32,000 nucleotides of DNA from Methanobrevibacter sp. Its GTDB lineage: Archaea; Methanobacteriota; Methanobacteria; Methanobacteriales; Methanobacteriaceae. The translations under genes were made by a program, and so were the position numbers. The notes below the pieces were generated by a model. That model was not told the DNA's origin. It ran no database searches and was given only the letters and a program-made list of their open reading frames with translations. The DNA lies in the NCBI RefSeq assembly GCF_045120835.1, contig NZ_JBGVFE010000115.1, positions 2,499-34,498 on the forward strand, in the 5' to 3' direction. The first letter of the stretch is position 1; each line of letters begins with the position of its first letter. Positions 27,322 through 32,000 of this stretch are shown here, piece by piece.

Positions 27322-27999
27322 ATGGATTTGATGTTTGATATTTCAGGTTTAACAGATGATGAAGAGGAATTCAGCTCATCAAAAAGGGATGTGCTGAAAT
27401 TTCTAAAGATAATCGGAGTGGATACACGTTTCATATCCTATACTCCGGATAAAATCTATATCAATAATCTGCGATTTTCAAAGTTTTCAAGAACACGTGA
27501 AAGCACTTTTAATAGGCAATATCCTGAAATAGAGGTTGTAAGAAACAAACTCTTTCAGAAAATCTGTGCAAAATCCTCAAAGATATTGTCGGATGAAATC
27601 AAACCCAATTCACGTATTTTGATGCCGGAGGACAATTTCATCGTAGAACTGTTGATGGAGCCATATACCCGCAAGTATGGTGTTGAACTTGTGAGTGAGG
27701 GGGAATATGATTTGAAGGTCAATCCAATAATTTTGGATGATGAGGTCAACAACATATTCGAGACAATTTTCAAGGGCGAAGGTTTAAACCTATCTAAAAA
27801 GAACAATGAGATTTGCCCTCTAATAAATGTTTCAATCGATTGGATTAATTCGTTTTTAGAAATGGATGGTCGGGATGCTCTTGAGCTTGAAAACAGCAAT
27901 GCTCTTGCAGTTTCATTCAGCGAATTTTTGGAGGATGTTGCTCCCCAGTATAGGGAGAACGTTTTAAGTGCTGCCAGGTTCATTGACAGTAAGAATTGA
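27322..27999 (+). CDS. Hypothetical protein (225 aa), possibly an adenine-nucleotide alpha-hydrolase (PP-loop ATPase) fold with a degenerate P-loop
   Basis: It starts 8 nt after the aroE stop. The order of segments mimics TtuA/TtcA-type PP-loop enzymes: SRILMPEDNF sits at the position of ILVavSGGKDS, ILDDEVNNIFETIFKG resembles GHnlDDeaet...l.G, and EICPLINVSIDWINSF resembles kiikPL..v.e.Ei..ya. The SGGxDS motif is absent. Confidence 0.5.
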   Translation: MDLMFDISGLTDDEEEFSSSKRDVLKFLKIIGVDTRFISYTPDKIYINNLRFSKFSRTRESTFNRQYPEIEVVRNKLFQKICAKSSKILSDEIKPNSRILMPEDNFIVELLMEPYTRKYGVELVSEGEYDLKVNPIILDDEVNNIFETIFKGEGLNLSKKNNEICPLINVSIDWINSFLEMDGRDALELENSNALAVSFSEFLEDVAPQYRENVLSAARFIDSKN

Positions 28000-28019
28000 A
28001 TTCTAACGGTTATTTTTTT
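27992..28019 (+). terminator. Hairpin plus T7 terminator after the aroE/225-aa operon
   Basis: AGAATTgAATTCT (27992-28004) encloses the TGA stop. A T7 run lies at 28013-28019. Confidence 0.45.
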
Positions 28020-28097
28020 AAAAATCCTTAAAAAATCTATAATCAAGGAAATCATCAAATATGGAATGATTTTGATGAGTTACTTGTTTATAAATAA

Positions 28098-29564
28098 TTA
28101 AAAACTGAAAAGCGATACCTGCTTGTCGGTTTTCTTTTTCTCTTTTTTCTCTTCAACAGGTTCTTCAGCAATTTCCTCTTCAATATCAGAGACAGGTTCT
28201 TCTTCAGTGCCGGGAATTTCAAACGGCAATTCGTCATCTGCTGGCTCTTCAACAACAACATTCATCATCTGATTTTGAAGCTCTTCTGCACGCCTGTCAC
28301 GCTCTTCAACCCGCATCTGGGCTTTCCTTTTCTCCATTTTTGTTTCGACCTTTTTAGGTATTTTCTTTTTCCTGAAACGTTTGACTTCAGTGTCTTCAAG
28401 TTCCAGAAAGTCTTTTATTTCCCAGGCAAGTTCGTCATTTTGAAACATTATTTCAAGGTATGGAAACATTGAAATGGCTATTGAATGGGATATGTGCATC
28501 TTTTCAGACATTTTTTCGGCAATTGCATCTCTCAAGTTCCTTTTGCCACGGTTTCTGCCCATTAGGCCGAAGATTGTTGGAGTTTGGATTTTTGTGAACT
28601 TTTTATAGGTCTCCTTTTTGGAATTGCTGACTCCAATACCCATGAAATCTGTTGCATATTTCCAGTAACCGTAATTTCGGCTGCTTTGAGCTCTTCCGAA
28701 GTACAAGTCAGCTTTTGAAATGTTTTCATAAGCCTTTTTGATTTCATTTTTGTCTTTATATTCCCTTGGAATGTTCTCGGCAATGTATTCCATAACAAGT
28801 GTTGGATCTTCTTCAACCCATAGGGCTTCCTTCACGTGTGCAGGAGTTTTGCTTTTAAGAACACCTGTTATTGCATTGAATATGTCTGATCTGGTGTCCT
28901 TTGTTTTCATATTCTCCAAATCGCTTACATCTAATGTATGGTCCTTGTCTGCAAGGGCCTGCAGGGTGTTGATGGCTGATCTGACATCGCCCTGTGATTT
29001 TGTTGCAATCTCCTTTAATGCGGCAGGTTCAACTTCAACCCCTTCAGCTTTCGCTATTTTTCTAAGCAGTGCTGAAATAGAATTCCATCGGGACTTTTTC
29101 ATTTTTATGACCTGGCATTTCGGCTTGATTGACTGCAGACGCTTTGAGTAAAAGTCGTTTGCTGTTAAAATCATAGGGTGATGGGAATTCTTGATTATCT
29201 CACCGATTGCCTTTACGCCACCTCTGTCGTTGGTTCCATGGATACCGTCCACTTCATCAAGAATTATCAGTTTGTATTCGTCACCAAACAGTGACATTGA
29301 GGAGGATGACTCTCCGATTGTGGTTTTAATCGCATCCTGTGAACGCTTGTCACTGGCGTTTAACTCGATGTATTCGGAAAATTCCCTGGCTATAATTAAT
29401 GCAAGTGTAGTTTTTCCAATGCCTGGTGGACCTACCAAAAGCAATGGTATCTGAGGATTGCCTTCCTTCCAGTTTTTAACCCATTCCTGGATTATTTTTA
29501 TCTCTTTTTTGTTACCTACCACTTGGGAGAGTTCCTGTGGCCGGTATTTGTCAGTCCATAACAT
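28098..29564 (-). CDS. rfcL: Replication factor C large subunit
   Basis: The N-terminus is [17 protein letters not shown]. The Walker A is GPPGIGKTT and the DEVD box is present. The C-terminal tail is acidic/basic. Confidence 0.93.
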   Translation of the reverse strand: MLWTDKYRPQELSQVVGNKKEIKIIQEWVKNWKEGNPQIPLLLVGPPGIGKTTLALIIAREFSEYIELNASDKRSQDAIKTTIGESSSSMSLFGDEYKLIILDEVDGIHGTNDRGGVKAIGEIIKNSHHPMILTANDFYSKRLQSIKPKCQVIKMKKSRWNSISALLRKIAKAEGVEVEPAALKEIATKSQGDVRSAINTLQALADKDHTLDVSDLENMKTKDTRSDIFNAITGVLKSKTPAHVKEALWVEEDPTLVMEYIAENIPREYKDKNEIKKAYENISKADLYFGRAQSSRNYGYWKYATDFMGIGVSNSKKETYKKFTKIQTPTIFGLMGRNRGKRNLRDAIAEKMSEKMHISHSIAISMFPYLEIMFQNDELAWEIKDFLELEDTEVKRFRKKKIPKKVETKMEKRKAQMRVEERDRRAEELQNQMMNVVVEEPADDELPFEIPGTEEEPVSDIEEEIAEEPVEEKKEKKKTDKQVSLFSF

Positions 29565-29573
29565 TTAAATACC

Positions 29574-30521
29574 CTATAAGAATTGAGTAAGTAAAGCTTC
29601 TAGTTGTATTCTTGGATTGGCTCCTTCTCTTATCCTGAAGTCGCACTCTGCTATCGCTTCTATTAGATTCATGTAAATGCTGGCATCCATCTTTCCGTCA
29701 AGCACTCTTTTTGAAACATCCTGATATATTTGAGTAACCATGTCCTCTCCGCTTGTTCCCTGCAATACCATGGTTTCCCTTAGAATGTTACGGGCGGTCA
29801 TGAAGTCACCCATCAATGCACTGTTTATCATTTTTCCGATATCCTGTGGCTTTGCTTTGGATACTACTTCATAAACGCTGTCTTCGGTAATCGCTTCTCC
29901 TTCTGAAGCCGCTGCCTGCAATACGTTTACGGCCTTTCTCATATCTCCTTCAGCGAAGTACACTATGCTGTCCAGTCCTTCATCTTTGAATTCGAATCCT
30001 TCATTTTCACAGATGAATTTCAGACGTTCCTTAATCTCCTCGCCTTTTATTGGAGCGAATCTGAATATTGCACATCTTGACTGTATAGGGTCTATGATTT
30101 TTGATGAGTAATTACATGAGAGTATAAATGAAGCGGTTTTGGTATACATTTCCATTTCACGTCTTAGTGCATGCTGAGCATCCTTTGTCATGTTGTCCAC
30201 TTCATCCAGAAAGATTATTCTGAATGGAGCGCCGACAGGCTTGAGTCTGCAGAAATTTTTGATGCGGTCCCTTACTGTATCGATTCCTCTTGCATCGGAT
30301 GCGTTCAATTCCAAAAAGTTTTGTCTCCAGTATTCCCCTAGAATGGATTTTACCAGAGCTAATGCTGTGGTTGTTTTACCGACACCCGCAGGACCTGTAA
30401 ACATTAAGTTGGGCATGCTCTCTTCGCCTACATATTTTTCAAGTCTTGCTACGATTTGCTTTTGTCCTACGATGTCCTCTAATTTTTGTGGTCTATATTT
30501 TTCTACCCATGGTCCGCTCAT
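29574..30521 (-). CDS. rfcS: Replication factor C small subunit
   Basis: The motifs are [33 protein letters not shown] and SRC. A perfect SD GGTGAT lies upstream. There is no intein. Confidence 0.95.
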   Translation of the reverse strand: MSGPWVEKYRPQKLEDIVGQKQIVARLEKYVGEESMPNLMFTGPAGVGKTTTALALVKSILGEYWRQNFLELNASDARGIDTVRDRIKNFCRLKPVGAPFRIIFLDEVDNMTKDAQHALRREMEMYTKTASFILSCNYSSKIIDPIQSRCAIFRFAPIKGEEIKERLKFICENEGFEFKDEGLDSIVYFAEGDMRKAVNVLQAAASEGEAITEDSVYEVVSKAKPQDIGKMINSALMGDFMTARNILRETMVLQGTSGEDMVTQIYQDVSKRVLDGKMDASIYMNLIEAIAECDFRIREGANPRIQLEALLTQFL

Positions 30522-30666
30522 TTAATCACCATTTAATTATAGTAAGATTTATGTATCTTGTAGTTAAATTATTTTTTGCTTAACTTTTTTAATATATGAA
30601 GTCTAATTAATATATAATTAAAGTGAGCATTTGATAACTAATGTTTACAAAAGTTTGGTGTTAAAA

Positions 30667-31626
30667 ATGAGAGGCACATGGAGACTTAAATTAAGAATGA
30701 TACTGACTTCAGTATTGATGTTTTCGATTATTTATTTCCTTATAGCTCTTGTAGGATGGTATTTGGGAATTAGCAGTTGGAAACTGTACTGTGGGGTAAG
30801 TTTAGTAATCGTATTTTTACAGTATTGGTATGGGCCAAGTTTGGTTAAACGTTCAATGAACGTAAGGCCATTATCTGAAGCGGAAGCACCTCATATTCAT
30901 CAGATGGTTCAGGAATTGGCCGATGAGGCAGGAATTTCAAAGCCAGAAATAGGATTGTCTGAAATAAACATTCCGAATGCATTTGCATATGGAAGGTCCA
31001 GCAGAAGCGGACACATTGCAATCACCCGTCCGATATTGGGATTGCTTGACCGTGATGAGCTAAGGGCGGTAATCGGACATGAAATGGGTCATATAAAACA
31101 CAATGACATGATCGTTACTGCCGCTGTTAGTGTCATTCCTATGATCTGCTATTATATTGCCATATCATTCATGTTTTCAGGCGACAGCAGAAACGGCGGA
31201 GGCATCATCATCGGCCTTTTAGGTTATCTATTCTACCTTGTTGGCCAATTGCTTGTACTGTTCATTTCAAGAACACGCGAATACTATGCGGATGAGGCTA
31301 GTGTAGAGTTCGGAAACCGTCCGGAGGCATTGGTATCAGCATTATACAAGCTGAGCTACGGCGCCGCAAGATGCAGCGATGATACAATCAAGGATTTAAA
31401 CACCAATCGTGCATTCTTTGTAAATGACATCAACAATGCAAAACATGACGTTACAGATTTCAAGCAAATCGACTTTGATGGGGATGGAAAAATATCTTCA
31501 GAGGAGTTAAGGAGGCTTGCAAATGCTGACGTTAAAATTTCTGCAAAGAAAGGTCTTATGGAAATATTTTCTACCCATCCCGATTCACTTAAGAGGGTCA
31601 AAAGATTGGCGGAGTTAGAATCATGA
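30667..31626 (+). CDS. htpX: M48-family zinc metalloprotease HtpX homolog with an EF-hand-like insertion
   Basis: There are four TM segments. HEMGH, the third ligand in REYYADE and a C-terminal STHP are present. ATG 30667 with GGTG upstream is preferred over TTG 30631. Confidence 0.88.
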   Translation: MRGTWRLKLRMILTSVLMFSIIYFLIALVGWYLGISSWKLYCGVSLVIVFLQYWYGPSLVKRSMNVRPLSEAEAPHIHQMVQELADEAGISKPEIGLSEINIPNAFAYGRSSRSGHIAITRPILGLLDRDELRAVIGHEMGHIKHNDMIVTAAVSVIPMICYYIAISFMFSGDSRNGGGIIIGLLGYLFYLVGQLLVLFISRTREYYADEASVEFGNRPEALVSALYKLSYGAARCSDDTIKDLNTNRAFFVNDINNAKHDVTDFKQIDFDGDGKISSEELRRLANADVKISAKKGLMEIFSTHPDSLKRVKRLAELES

Positions 31627-32000
31627 AGATGATTTTGGATGAACGTGGCAAGAAGTATGTCCTGAAGCCCGGTGAGGAATTTCAAAGTGATTTGGGAATA
31701 ATAAAGGCCGACGTGTTGGATGGGGCCGAAATTGGGGATGAGGTCAAAAGCCATTTGGACCATACGTTTAAAATCATGAAACCCAACATCAATGATTTCA
31801 TTGACATAATGGATAGGCGTTGTTCAATTCTCATCAAAAAGGATATCGGACAGGTTCTTGCCCATTCCGGTTTGGGAGCGGGATCCCGTGTAGTTGATGC
31901 CGGAACGGGTGCCGGTGCGATTGCACTCAATTTTGGAAATGTGGTGGGTCCTGAAGGTGAAGTCTTCACCTATGAAATCCGGGAGGACTTTGCCGAGGTT
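31623..32000 (+). CDS. trmI: tRNA (adenine-N1)-methyltransferase TrmI (Gcd14 family), 3'-truncated by the window edge
   Basis: This ORF is not in the ORF track because no stop is reached. My translation is MKMILDERGKKYVLKPGEEFQSDLGIIKADVL...RVVDAGTGAGAIALNFGNVVGPEGEVFTYEIREDFAEV. It has the SAM motif VDAGTGAG. The ATG overlaps the htpX TGA (ATGA). Confidence 0.8.
   Translation, partial: MKMILDERGKKYVLKPGEEFQSDLGIIKADVLDGAEIGDEVKSHLDHTFKIMKPNINDFIDIMDRRCSILIKKDIGQVLAHSGLGAGSRVVDAGTGAGAIALNFGNVVGPEGEVFTYEIREDFAEV

Noticed and set aside
27555-28058. A 167-aa minus-strand ORF opposite the 225-aa hypothetical protein.
   Set aside because: It is Ser/Leu-rich, as expected for an antisense frame, and would run into the plus-strand terminator. 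The plus-strand ORF is coupled 8 nt after aroE and shows an ordered PP-loop-like motif pattern.

Overview
The window is a gene-dense stretch (about 90% coding) of a methanogen chromosome, order Methanobacteriales, most likely Methanobrevibacter-like. The taxonomic markers are F420-dependent methylene-H4MPT dehydrogenase (mtd), a Lys-rich adhesin-like surface protein, a fused Kae1-Bud32, Hef, archaeal RFC large and small subunits, archaeal-type CobT, and two tandem Mur-ligase paralogs of the pseudomurein type. Most content is core housekeeping: hisB, hisI, hisS, ilvE, aroE, uppP, ribosomal protein S15, a RecJ-like DHH nuclease, the AcnX-type phosphomevalonate dehydratase large subunit, a HAM1/ITPase, htpX, trmI and one tRNA-Val(UAC). 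I found no rRNA, CRISPR array, IS element or multi-gene defence island. The only clearly accessory-looking gene is an orphan Rpn/YhgA-like PD-(D/E)xK nuclease (11795-12607, minus strand). It carries an in-frame internal SD+ATG that would yield a 50-aa C-terminal peptide, which is the best candidate here for a small self-contained toxin/antitoxin-like module. Other points worth a second look are listed below.
- A perfect 14-nt anti-Shine-Dalgarno inverted repeat lies between tRNA-Val and mtd.
- Hairpin plus oligo-T terminators recur at gene ends and engulf the stop codon.
- One Mur-ligase paralog carries a Cys-rich insertion.
- A canonical EF-hand loop is inserted in HtpX.
- A 225-aa protein looks like a PP-loop ATPase with a destroyed P-loop.
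- A 165-aa unknown protein is translationally coupled to cobT.
All functional calls come from reading the translated ORFs against remembered family motifs. No database search was run.
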